Notes under the pieces: model-generated
What the model saw: the letters and a program-made list of their open reading frames with translations, nothing else
What the model was told of the DNA's origin: nothing
The model's database searches: none
Part shown: positions 26,501-36,700 of the stretch, piece after piece
Numbering within the stretch: position 1 is the first letter of the stretch
How the letters are laid out: the number at the start of each line of letters is the position of its first letter
Origin: Catajapyx aquilonaris
Taxonomy: Eukaryota
Reading direction: 5' to 3'
DNA: 50,045 bases
Assembly (NCBI GenBank): GCA_000934665.2
Contig: KZ537988.1
Location: 124,001 to 174,045 of the forward strand
Made by a program: the position numbers and the translations under genes

Positions 26501-27700
26501 GGCATCCAGTTTATTGACATGCAGTTCGCTCAGAGGTTGGATTTTCCCTCGAGCAATGCGTGCTGACTCGGCCATTACATTTCGACGCTCCTTTTCTGAT
26601 GGCTGTCCCTGTTAGGAAAACAAAACCCAGAGTGAAAAACATTTAAAAAAACCAGGAATGACTACAAAATTGAATCATTCTTGGTTCTAAATCTTCCACA
26701 ATTCCTAGTGATAAAATATCTCTGAAATTACACCAAATTGTAACAACAGAAAGCATTGCATAACAAATACTGATTTGAAAGCCAATGCCAAGCACATTCA
26801 CTATTCCACTGGGGTTAGTTCAAGGATTTGGTTGATCAGATGAATCCTGTATATGTATAGGGTAAATCCCTGTGTAATCAGAGGGAATCTCGGATGAATG
26901 GCATATGATTTGTTGAAATGCCAGATCCCTCAGGTTATTCAGCAAGGATGCCACACTGATTTTAAAACATTCCTAGCCCCATATTTGAATTTTTATTATT
27001 TAAATAGCCTGACTTAAAAAGCAGGGTTAAGAGGCACAACTGAACCTTTCCTTCAATTATTCAATTAATAAATCATAATGAAAGTAAACGTGCATGTGAG
27101 GGAGAACTATTTATTACCTCGACTTTTGAGCATGAAGCCCTGTTTGGCTGAGCCCTGCTACCCTCATGTCACAGCCTCTCACATTGGCAATAACCTGTCA
27201 GCAGTGTCACACACTTTATGAATGACCCTGTTTGTACTTAAACAGATGAAGAATAGATTTACATAACCCACAGGGTTATCCAAGTTATAAATTAATGGAC
27301 ACAGCTATAGACTAAATAGCTTCCCATAACATGATAAATGTTAACCGACAAAGTACAAAAAAAGGGTAGTAAAAATAAATCCTGATGAATTTTACCCTCA
27401 CAGACACAAGCACAAATATGTTAAAGGAAATGAAAGTTAAATTACTTTAACATGATCGACAACGTGCATCTGATGTATGTCAGGTGCAAAGCAATGCGGC
27501 TCAGCTCCACCACGTGTCAGATGAGCCAGGACAGCAGCAGCCTCATGGACCTCACTTCCATCAAAGACCCCACACCCAGAGAGAACCACAGCCACCCGGG
27601 GACTCTCCCGACTGCTGGAATTGGAGAAGAAGGCAGCCAGGGTCCTGCGACGAGTTAGTCTGGCCAGTCGAAGAGATGGGAGCATGCTGACTTGAAGCAT
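23564..27700 (-). CDS. GATD3: ES1 homolog / glutamine amidotransferase-like class 1 domain protein 3 (DJ-1/PfpI superfamily), mitochondrial; exons 27700-27446, 26608-26463, 25577-25337, 23695-23564
   Basis: Motifs [67 protein letters not shown]...VYDGIGKMV. Arg-rich presequence. Phases are consistent. Confidence 0.95.
23838..24111 (+). mobile_element. tRNA-derived SINE with V-domain core, in GATD3 last intron
   Basis: Pol III A box TGGCCGAGTGG and B box GAGTTCGATCC; core GTTCTCTCCGTGTTCGCGTGGGTTTTCTCGGGGTTCTCCCGTTTCCTCCCAC; 3' stem-loop AGGCCC-AAG-GGGCCT; (ATT)n tail; 12-bp TSD TATAATGTATGA (23826-23837, 24112-24123). Confidence 0.92.
25745..25917. mobile_element. Short non-autonomous DNA transposon (MITE) with 11-bp TIRs
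   Basis: CAGGGGTCGAA ... TTCGACCCCTG termini, with internal tgcaaa/tttgcac repeats. The TSD is not clean (atatta/atgtta). Confidence 0.55.
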
Positions 27701-28771
27701 TTTTTGGTACTCTTTGGTTTGAAAGAAGCTTCCAGCTATCTGAAATAAATAGAGAAATATTACTGGTAAAATATGAATAAAATAGACTGATTTAGGAAAA
27801 TGCTTTCTACAAGAAATATTACAAGTGAAAACAGTTTAAAATATGTACTTTCTCGTAGCCTTGCCTAAAATTTTAAATGAAATGGGAGAATTATGCAAAT
27901 GCTTCAGTGCTTCAGTATGCTAATGTTTTTATCATGGAAGATCCCAACAGTCCCCGCAGCTTTGTTCCACTAATGTGCACAGAATGCCAAAAAACGTGCC
28001 TCAGAGGTTCAAAAATCATCCAGCTATGATTTGCATTTATATGGCATGATGTCATGAAAGAATAGTCAGGAAAGCAGAAAGTCTGCATTTTCTCAATACT
28101 TCCGGTGGAGAAATGTGAGCAATCCCTTTTATAGCCTGCAGTGAAGGGTTCTGTGAAATACAATCAAAACATGCGTAAGCCTGCGTAGTTGCGGTGACCA
28201 CGAAAAGGTCTGGTTTTCTTACTGCTGTCATAAGTTCATGCTGCAGTAAATTCAGTATTTGTGAAGAAGACGCCTGCCAACATGAACTGAACGAGCAATC
28301 CTGCCCTGTGGCTTACACCTGTCACAGCTGAGTTGTTGCATGGGATTGCAATGTGAATGACTTAATGGAAGGTCTACTTTAAGAGTCGTCAGCCAGTTGA
28401 CATGTCATCCCAAGTGTCATCCCCTGTCACACTATTCCTCTGGTGTGTGTCCAGATATGTGAGATCAGGAGTGTGGCTGTGCCTTGACTGCGACGTAACC
28501 CCTTGACCTTTGCAAGAGGTGACCATCATCCTCCCCTGATTTCGGGTAATATGCGTCGAGAGCAGCCCCAATCGGAAACGCACTGATCTCCGGCGCATCC
28601 CCACCCTTCTGCACTGATGTCACCGTACCTGTCCGGCTCTCGATTGAACGTCCCGAGTGTTGCTGTAAGAACCCTTCCTTCCTTCCTTCCTGGTCAGGCA
28701 ATGAACCGAGTCCCCCTTTGGTGAGACCCTCCTACGATATTCCTCCTACGTGCGTCTTGCCCTGATTATGA

Positions 28772-28792
28772 CTGCTGCTGCTGCTGCTGCTG
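28772..28792. repeat. (CTG)7 microsatellite
   Basis: Seven perfect CTG units. Confidence 0.9.
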
Positions 28793-29001
28793 AATGGGGG
28801 AGGGTTATAGCAATTGCATAGACCACTGCCACCAGTTGCGTTTGGACATGTACGCCTGCAGGTGGCACCTACGTCGCCGTCTCACATGTAGCTGCTACCT
28901 AGACTTCAGAAGGGGGGTGAATAGCCGCTATTTGTCATTCACTGCTATTAACAAGCCGCTTGGCTCAAACCGGCCCCGATCCTTATACATGGTCGTTGGC
29001 A

Positions 29002-29010
29002 TCACATGAC
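29002..29010 (-). promoter_or_regulatory. M-box/CLEAR-type element (GTCATGTGA) in the GATD3 / V-ATPase e divergent promoter
   Basis: TCACATGAC on +, about 160 bp upstream of the V-ATPase e ATG. Mitf/TFEB M-boxes are known in V-ATPase subunit gene promoters. Confidence 0.5.
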
Positions 29011-29169
29011 TAGACTTCCGATCACCCCTGTCTGCTGTGGTCATCGCTGGTGACTGGCCTACCGAGAAAATCCGTCTCCTTTTCATCAATTCCTGGCCGT
29101 CTGTCCGTCCGTAGCCGGGTGGACTGCTTGCTTTGGTTGAGAAGAAGGAGAGAAAGAGAGAGGGAAGAC

Positions 29170-30335
29170 ATGGGAGCGTCTGCAGTCCCCATTATCGTGT
29201 TCACGGCCCTCTTCGCGATTGTCGGAGGGGTGCTGCCCTTCCTGGCACCAAAGGGACCAAACAGGGGGTGAGTGGGTCATGCCCAGCCGATCCGAGATGG
29301 CCTGCTTGATGGGGAGCCCATGCACATTCATGATGCTCTCTCATTTCTTTTACAGGCTGACGCAGCTGGTCCTCATCCTCACCGGCTGCTGCCTTTGGCT
29401 CTTGTAAGTCCTGCTCGGTCCTGCTGCCCACCTTGCTCCAGGTTCACACTACTCCGCCACTGGCAGAACAGGGCAGGGCGACCATACATGTCTAGCCCTA
29501 TGCTCATGTTCAGCTGAGGATATCTCGGGTGTGCTTTCATGAGCCCTGCTGACCCTTCCTGCTGAAAAGAGCTGATAAGAGGGAGGGAGGGGGGGTGGGA
29601 AAGAGGGAAGTAGAGGGCAGTAGAGGGCTTTATGTCACTTCTTTTTAGGGAAATTGTAAGCAGGAAAATGGTGGGTAGTAAGCATGAGGTTGTAGTAGGC
29701 TAGATATGGTTAGGAGGCAATTCTGGCTCCTGGAAGGGTAAAAGTTATGTCTTGCAGTAACCTCTGCTGCCCTCTGCTAATGACAAGAAAATGGGAAAAA
29801 GCTCTACCATTGCTGGCCAGAATAATACAATAGGGTGGGATTATTCACGCAGAAACCTGGGGAACCACGCAAAAATTATTAATATGACTTTGATGGCATT
29901 AGTAGGGGCACAGTCACTGCCGGTCTTAGGGTAGGGCAAGCTGGGCAACCGCCAGGGGCGCCAAAGGGAGGGAGCACCGACGTTTGACTTTGAAATAAAT
30001 GAGCTCACTTTTGGTTAAATGGTTGGAGGTGAACATCTCAGTGCCACATACATGCTCTCAAAAGTCAAAACCTGCTGATATGAGGCAGGATATTAATTTT
30101 CCATAGTAATTCACAACTTTTGTGATACTTGTACAATGACACTTACAGGAAATTGTTTTTTTCAGTTGGCTTTGTGCATATATGACCCAGATGAACCCCC
30201 TAATTGGCCCCAATTTGGAAAATACAACATTGAGGCTAATGCAGTTGGAATGGGTAAGTTTAAATATTATGAATGTTTTAAGAATTTGTATTTATTTGAC
30301 GTTTTATTTTGTAGGGTAGGAACAATGGTGAGTGA
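29170..30335 (+). CDS. ATP6V0E: V-type proton ATPase subunit e (M9.7); exons 29170-29267, 29356-29403, 30166-30253, 30315-30335
   Basis: Spliced translation MGASAVPIIVFTALFAIVGGVLPFLAPKGPNRGLTQLVLILTGCCLWLFWLCAYMTQMNPLIGPNLENTTLRLMQLEWGRNNGE. PKGPNRG and QMNPLIGP are family hallmarks. AATAAA at 30509. Confidence 0.95.
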
Positions 30336-31379
30336 AGGTACTTTCTCAGGCATATTGCTTGATTAATAATCTCATTTAGAAGAGGGGAAGACGACCAACA
30401 TTCCAACTTATTGTTCACAAAAATTAGTTATGCACTGAAGATGTCTCGTGAATGTGTTAGTAGAAGAATTGGAGATTAAGTGTTCCACATTGTGTATAAT
30501 AGCTTGTAAATAAAACTGTTGTTCCTTAAAAATTACTACACTTTATTATGTAATACATAAATATTGAAGAAGTAGAGGAATGCTATAGGTTTCTGCGGGT
30601 TTCTGGGGCTCCAATGATGAGTTTGCTTGACATTTAAGAACACCGAAGGAAAGTATGTAAACATTTCTGTATGTGAATATATGTATTTTGGAAATAAATG
30701 TTAAAGAGAATTTATTGGTATGTAATTATTACTGGAGGTGACATTCATACCCTATATTAAATCAGGTTGTAAAAATGACATTTTTGGGATTCAGAAGTGA
30801 TTCAAAAAGTCATGGGATGATGGTGATAATGTTCATGCCTTTTGAATTATTTGGCAGAGTTACTGTTACAACATATTAATTTCAGCCCTGGTTCAAGTAT
30901 TAGTTGCGAAAATGAGAACCAGATTGCAACTGAGTAACTATAAAACAAGGATAGGATTTGCACATTTAATAAAAGGACAGATGCACAGAAAAGTCAGAAT
31001 TACAATGTACTACTTCTGTGTTGCAATGAGGCACTGATTAATATTATCCGTATCTTGATATTCTCAGTGAGGTGAACAATCCAATGACGTGAAATGATTT
31101 TCAGCACGGAACAAAACCAATCTCAATAGTCGTAGTTCATGTTTAGTCCACTATTCGATTTTTATTGTGATTTCTATGACCAATTAGATTAAAATTAATA
31201 ATCTCTCTTGTAAGGAATTAGAATGGATTTTCACACTGTTCACATGGTTTATAATAAACCCTGGGACGTCATTTTGTGTATGAATGTGAATTTGTTAGTA
31301 GGTGGCACTAGCCTGTACATATCTTACAAAAATTGTGTTAGTTTAAATCTCATTAATTTAAATTTAATTTTAAATCTCA

Positions 31380-32747
31380 TCAACCCTTCTTCTGGATTGA
31401 TTTTGGAGCCCCCACATTAGCTCCAGGTGGCACCAGATTGGGCTTGTTACGTGCAAATTGCCTGAAACATCCTAGAATCATATCCCAAACATGCCTCGAG
31501 TCATATTCAATTCCAAACTCCTTGCATGTCTCTTTAAGAGCAGGTTGCAAGATGTGTAACCTGGAGTGATCCACAGTTGGAAAAAGGTGGTGCAAACTGT
31601 GGTTCCCAAAAGTGACCATTACCAGAAAGAAGTTTCCATCCACTTCCTTTCTGTCCTTAACTGCGTCTAACTGATGCAAACCCCAGTCCATATCTGACCT
31701 ATGGGCATCACCTGCATGATATATGTCTGGGTGATGGTGGGCTGCAGTGTAACCAATTATTCCAAAACAGTATGCATAGGTCAGCTGCATTGTAAGCCAA
31801 AGCATGACAGCGGTGAACAAACTAGGTGTGAATTGAGCAATTACCACAATTTCAAGTGGTGCCAACAAGTAATGCCATCGAAACTGCAGCTTACCCTGAT
31901 AAATATCTATTAATTTCTTAATGTATGTTGCCATTACTAAGAGCTGTGTGAAGTGTAGCGTAATGATAGGAGCGAAACGTGCCAACCAGGTCTTGTCTGC
32001 CTTAGGTAGGAACTGGTACACAGGTTCTAAGAAGGTTATCTCCCAATCTAGTACAGTGTTGGGGTACATGTGGTGACTGAGAATGTGACTAATGCGGTAT
32101 TCTTCAAATGACGACAATGACAAATCACAGCAGTACATGCGCCAGTTGTCTTTTTGGTGAATGAAGTTGTGTGAACATGTCATGGTGAGGCACAAAAGCA
32201 TTCCAGAGAGTACAGCCATCCCATAGGAGCCTGTCATACCAGTTGTGATCATTGCCGTTAGAAATGAAACCAGTAGCAAGTCCTGACACATCTTGGAAGA
32301 AATTGTTGGACCGGAGCCTCCATTCCTTTTCAGCACGTCTGCAGCTTTCCTTTTGAGACTTGCATAGAACCCATCAGGCTTGAAGGTGAAAGGTGAGTTG
32401 CGCGGTGTTACTGCTTCTCTGACGTAGTAATCCTTGAGAATCTCTTTCGGCGTGTTGCTCAGGTGATGAGACTCAAAAGCCTCGGTAATGTCCGTACCTC
32501 TTGTGACCTCCAACCACTCACGTCCACCAGGATGCCTGTCTATGAAACTGTCCAGATCATACAATTTGTCATGAATCCTCCAGAGTGCTTCTGCTCCATC
32601 ATCATCTTGCTTGTTGTCCAGCCAGCGGGCCAAGGACTTCTGGGTAAAGTCATCATCACGGCATGCTGGATACTTCAGGAATCCATCTGGTATTCGTAGG
32701 TGCTCTCCACCTTTCAGCTTGGCATTGGATACACTCTCAGGAGGCAT
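31380..32747 (-). CDS. Cyt-b5-r: Cytochrome b5-related protein (cytochrome b5 heme domain fused to fatty-acid desaturase-like domain), intronless CDS
   Basis: LWRIHDKLYDL...HPGG...GTDITEAFESHH heme domain and His boxes HNFIH, HILSHH, HSLHHLFP. Likely start is MPPES at 32747, right after the acceptor tttccccag; the ORF track starts at 32765. A putative non-coding first exon lies near 33669-33712 with a TATA element at ~33735-33742. Confidence 0.92.
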   Translation of the reverse strand: MPPESVSNAKLKGGEHLRIPDGFLKYPACRDDDFTQKSLARWLDNKQDDDGAEALWRIHDKLYDLDSFIDRHPGGREWLEVTRGTDITEAFESHHLSNTPKEILKDYYVREAVTPRNSPFTFKPDGFYASLKRKAADVLKRNGGSGPTISSKMCQDLLLVSFLTAMITTGMTGSYGMAVLSGMLLCLTMTCSHNFIHQKDNWRMYCCDLSLSSFEEYRISHILSHHMYPNTVLDWEITFLEPVYQFLPKADKTWLARFAPIITLHFTQLLVMATYIKKLIDIYQGKLQFRWHYLLAPLEIVVIAQFTPSLFTAVMLWLTMQLTYAYCFGIIGYTAAHHHPDIYHAGDAHRSDMDWGLHQLDAVKDRKEVDGNFFLVMVTFGNHSLHHLFPTVDHSRLHILQPALKETCKEFGIEYDSRHVWDMILGCFRQFARNKPNLVPPGANVGAPKSIQKKG

Positions 32748-35700
32748 TTTCTGGGGAAATTGCATTCTGCATTAAAATATCAGTCACCTCTGACATGGGT
32801 TCTGCGGTAAAGGGGCAATGACTGAAGGATACAAACTATTTGCCATAAAATATCAGAAGTTAAACCGGTTTTTGCGCAATCAAAATAAGCGGTTACAGCC
32901 AGCTTCTACAGTACTGTACTGTACGGCTGGCAAAAAATCGAGCTATATTTATGTTCACACGATAAGCACTGATATTATTTGAAGTAAATAGCCTGCATGC
33001 TGGAGTACGTAAGGTATGTAGGCTAACATAATGTGTTATGTTTTGTAGGCGTTATAAATATTATTTTATTGTTCTCTCCAGGCACCTATTTTTCGTTTTG
33101 CATTGCAAACCATAAATTGAGCATATGCTTGAAGGTTGTTATAATGTGAAAGAGTTCGGCGTTCTCTATAGTTATACTAATATTCTGTGCGTGGGTTGCA
33201 ATTTTAAAAATATCTTACATGAGCGCCTCTGTTTTCAAAATAATCACGAAAATTCTGAATAACAAACATGACATCGGCTGCAATACCGAATCTGAAAGGG
33301 CTTGATCCCTGCCATATTTTAACCTTGAGATATTGTCCTTTTTGCCTGGGCTGATAATAAGGTTTGGAAGTGGCTATTACAATGCTATACTCGCTTGTCG
33401 TCCGTCGCACAAAAAATTAAGTTGAGTTCAATTTCGACGCCGATTTGGTTTAAATATGTATCTTACGTGTAACTTGGATCTTTATACCGCACTTTATACT
33501 CCAGAAATAAATTAACATCTGCTCTTGCAGTATATGAGAAAAAATGTCATGTAGTTCAAAAAACAAAATTATTCAATGACATCCCCAGGTTACGAGTTGT
33601 GTGAACTTATTTTTTTAAATGCAGGCTATTAAAACTGGTATAGACCCTATTAAGGAAATAAGACTTACTAGTAGATATGCAAGTTGACCACTCCGACGCT
33701 CAGGCACGAATATTGCACATGAAACGGGCGTGTTCTTTATATGCCATTTATAGTTGCCAAACACTTAATCTTATCTATATGACTCCTCGCCGCTATGAAC
33801 TGACTAAATCAAGATTATATGCAAAACATATAAAAACCTAGCGAGTAAATTACGTATGCAATAATTATCAATAATGACATTGCATAATTCTAAATATTAA
33901 TCGGAAGCCTGTTGAATAATTTTGAGTTATTCATTTGGCGTACAGTGAACTCTGGATTGCAATGTAATTCGGAATTGCGATAAGCTTCACAGTGCTATTT
34001 TAGGTCGAAAAATGCTTATCAGCTTGTAGTTATTATCTTGATGACAAAAAAAAATCATTATGAACTTGACATTCGTTCAGCTCCCAGTAGCGTGATAAGG
34101 AAGTGGTGGGAGTTAGGGCAAACGTGGTCTAAATGCAAAATTTCACTGGCAAATTAATTTCATATTAAACAGTTGTACAGCATAGCGATGTGCCATATAT
34201 TGTAAGATATGACACAGGTAGTGATTAGCAAGTTTCGGCAATAATTTGCAAAGTCATGCGACATTCGCGTGCTCCAGAGTTCCTGTACAGTGTACACCAT
34301 GCCAGATTAGCCAACGGTGTGGTAACTTACATAACAGACAAAATGCTGTGCAAGCGCTAAGTCATATCACGCAATTTTCACGTCGACACTGCATGTACAT
34401 TTTGAGTATCTACTACACAAACCAGGCTGGATATCTTTAATCATCATGTGTTAAGTGAAACAATATAACAATCTTGACTTAGCAACAGGCTAGTAGTGCA
34501 AGTGCACTGATAATCCCACTTCTGAAAATTGTTGAGGTTCTGGTGAGCCATATTGACCATAGGGTCATCCGAGTAGGGTTGGGAAGCAGTGGCTTTATAA
34601 TCCGGTCCTCATCTTGTCGCCTGTCCCCTGTGCACGTGCCAGGATCAAATTCGCACAAAACGGGAAAGAAGTCTCCTGGACCTCCCCATGACCGTTGCTT
34701 CTGCCTGTCCCTTTGTGTCCGGCGTGGCATGTGCTTCCCACGTCATTCAAATCGGCAGCTTCCTTTCGCCCTGGAAGAAGAGCCCTACTCCGCCCACCAA
34801 AGAACCCCCAATAGACCTGCCATTCCCCAGGAGGAATCCGGGTTCCCTCTTTGGCACAATCCCCCCCTTCCTCCAGTGTACTTTCCTTCTGTTCAGGGTT
34901 CATTGCCCATCCGACCCCCTCCTAAGGCTCACGTCAATGCCGTCAAGCCATCTGCTGACGTGGGTTTCACAACTGGATCAACTACCACCCTAAATTAAGT
35001 GCTGCTTTATTTAGCTTACCGGTTCGTCTGATTGGATAGATTTCAAGGCCATGTCGGTTAGATGTCGGCGAATATGTGCAAAAATTCGTGATATTGAATA
35101 TGTCAAGTGGTCATGATGCAAGCCGGTGAGGAAAGTGTGTCAGGATACCCCCTTAGCTGATAACCTTCGATCTGTCACATGGAGAAGGTCAAAGGCATAC
35201 ACCCTGAAAGTGTATTTGGCGCGGAAATTTTTTACTCTGTTGTAATACAGAATGCTGATAATAAGGAAGAGTTTTTTCAAGTGCATAACTGGCTAATAAT
35301 CTCAATGTCAACCAGAACAAATGCTGAAATGAGCTGATATGTGACTTAATGACATATGCTTGTTTTTCATACCCTGTTTTTTCAGTGTGGTTGATTCCCC
35401 CATCCCCCATTTTTTGTTGTTTAAAGAGCACCGTGCATAGCTTATGAGCAGCAGGCTCGACCACCACCCTTTTCCAGCAGTTGACCCCCCATCTTCGTTG
35501 CATCACCGTGGGGTCCCTCTTTTTTATATATATTCTATACCATCATAGTCCCTTTTCTTGTCCCTTGGCGTCCTTTCTTTTCTCTCATCCTTCAGGGGAC
35601 CAGATGAGAATAGGAGCAGAAGGAAGGGATCCATCCCTACCACCGGCCCTCAACCTCTTCTTTCACCTCTCCCATGACCCATAGGAGGATCTATTTTTTC

Positions 35701-36260
35701 CTACATTTTTTCCACAGTTGCAAACCTTTCAGACATAACCGATCGCAGGCCGGTTGCACAGCCTATTTTTTCTTAGAGCTAAAAAATGAGAAGAAACGAA
35801 GCCAGCTGGATTGCAAAGTAGTTTGAAGTCCACGTACTGAAACCATGTGAAGTACTTGCCATATGTGAATTTGTAAGACTGCTGCAACACTGCTGGAAAA
35901 CAGTAGCTTAAGTTTAAAGTGTGCAGGCTCTCAAAACCTATAGAAAATTCAGCCTCCCCTATTCATTCCAGAGGCCATTGAAATGTAGCTGAGTCTCCAC
36001 AAAAGCCTCCTCCACCGTCACCACCTTTTGCCGAAACCGTTGAAACCCGGCGGGTTTTCTCACAAGATTGTCCCATGGGTGCTGGCCAGGGAGCAAGTAG
36101 CCATTATGTGGTGACCATCATCCACATCCCAATTCCAGTTTGGTCCAGGTTACAAGGTGGACGGCATGTGCCCTCGGCAGGCAGTCCCCTTCATTGCCTG
36201 AAAAGTGGCCCCCGGGGGGACACAAGCAATAAAGGGGAAAATTTTTTAAGGGACAGATGA

Positions 36261-36447
36261 CAAGTAAGTCGCCACCGAGAATCGTTGAGATTGATGGAGT
36301 TTCCCATAGACACATGTAATGGAACAAACGAATCATAACTGGCATGAAATAGTTACTATTTTATGCCAGTTATGATTCGTTTGTTCCATTACATGTGTCT
36401 ATGGGAAACCCCATCAATCTCAACGATTCTCGGTGGCGACTTACTTG
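36261..36447. repeat. Near-perfect palindrome, 93-bp arms, 1-nt loop
   Basis: CAAGTAAGTCGCCACCGAG...GAAATAGT-T-ACTATTTT...CTCGGTGGCGACTTACTTG; centre 36354; two mismatches seen. Confidence 0.95.
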
Positions 36448-36449
36448 CT

Positions 36450-36700
36450 TCTCGGTACACTCTTAACCATTTACCTTATAAATTACCTTCTCTGTGCAAA
36501 ATACCTTCTAAATCTGGAAGGCAAGGAGAAATATAGAACGCTGAGGTCCGCCACTTATTTAAATAATTTATAACTGTTATAAATTATTTAAATAAGTGGC
36601 GGACCTCAGCGTTCTACATTTCTCCTTACCTTCCAGATTTAGAAGGTATTTTGCACAGAGAATGTAATTTATAAGGTAAATGGTTAAGAGTGTACCGAGA
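36450..36700. repeat. Near-perfect palindrome, 125-bp arms, 1-nt loop
   Basis: TCTCGGTACACTCTTAACC...TTATAAC-T-GTTATAA...GGTTAAGAGTGTACCGAGA; centre 36575; three mismatches seen. Confidence 0.95.

Noticed and set aside
29915..29970. GC-rich patch resembling a hAT-MITE end in the V-ATPase e intron
   Set aside because: No matching opposite terminus or TSD was found.
34543..34998. Proline-rich 151-aa ORF
   Set aside because: No recognisable domain and no linked exons.
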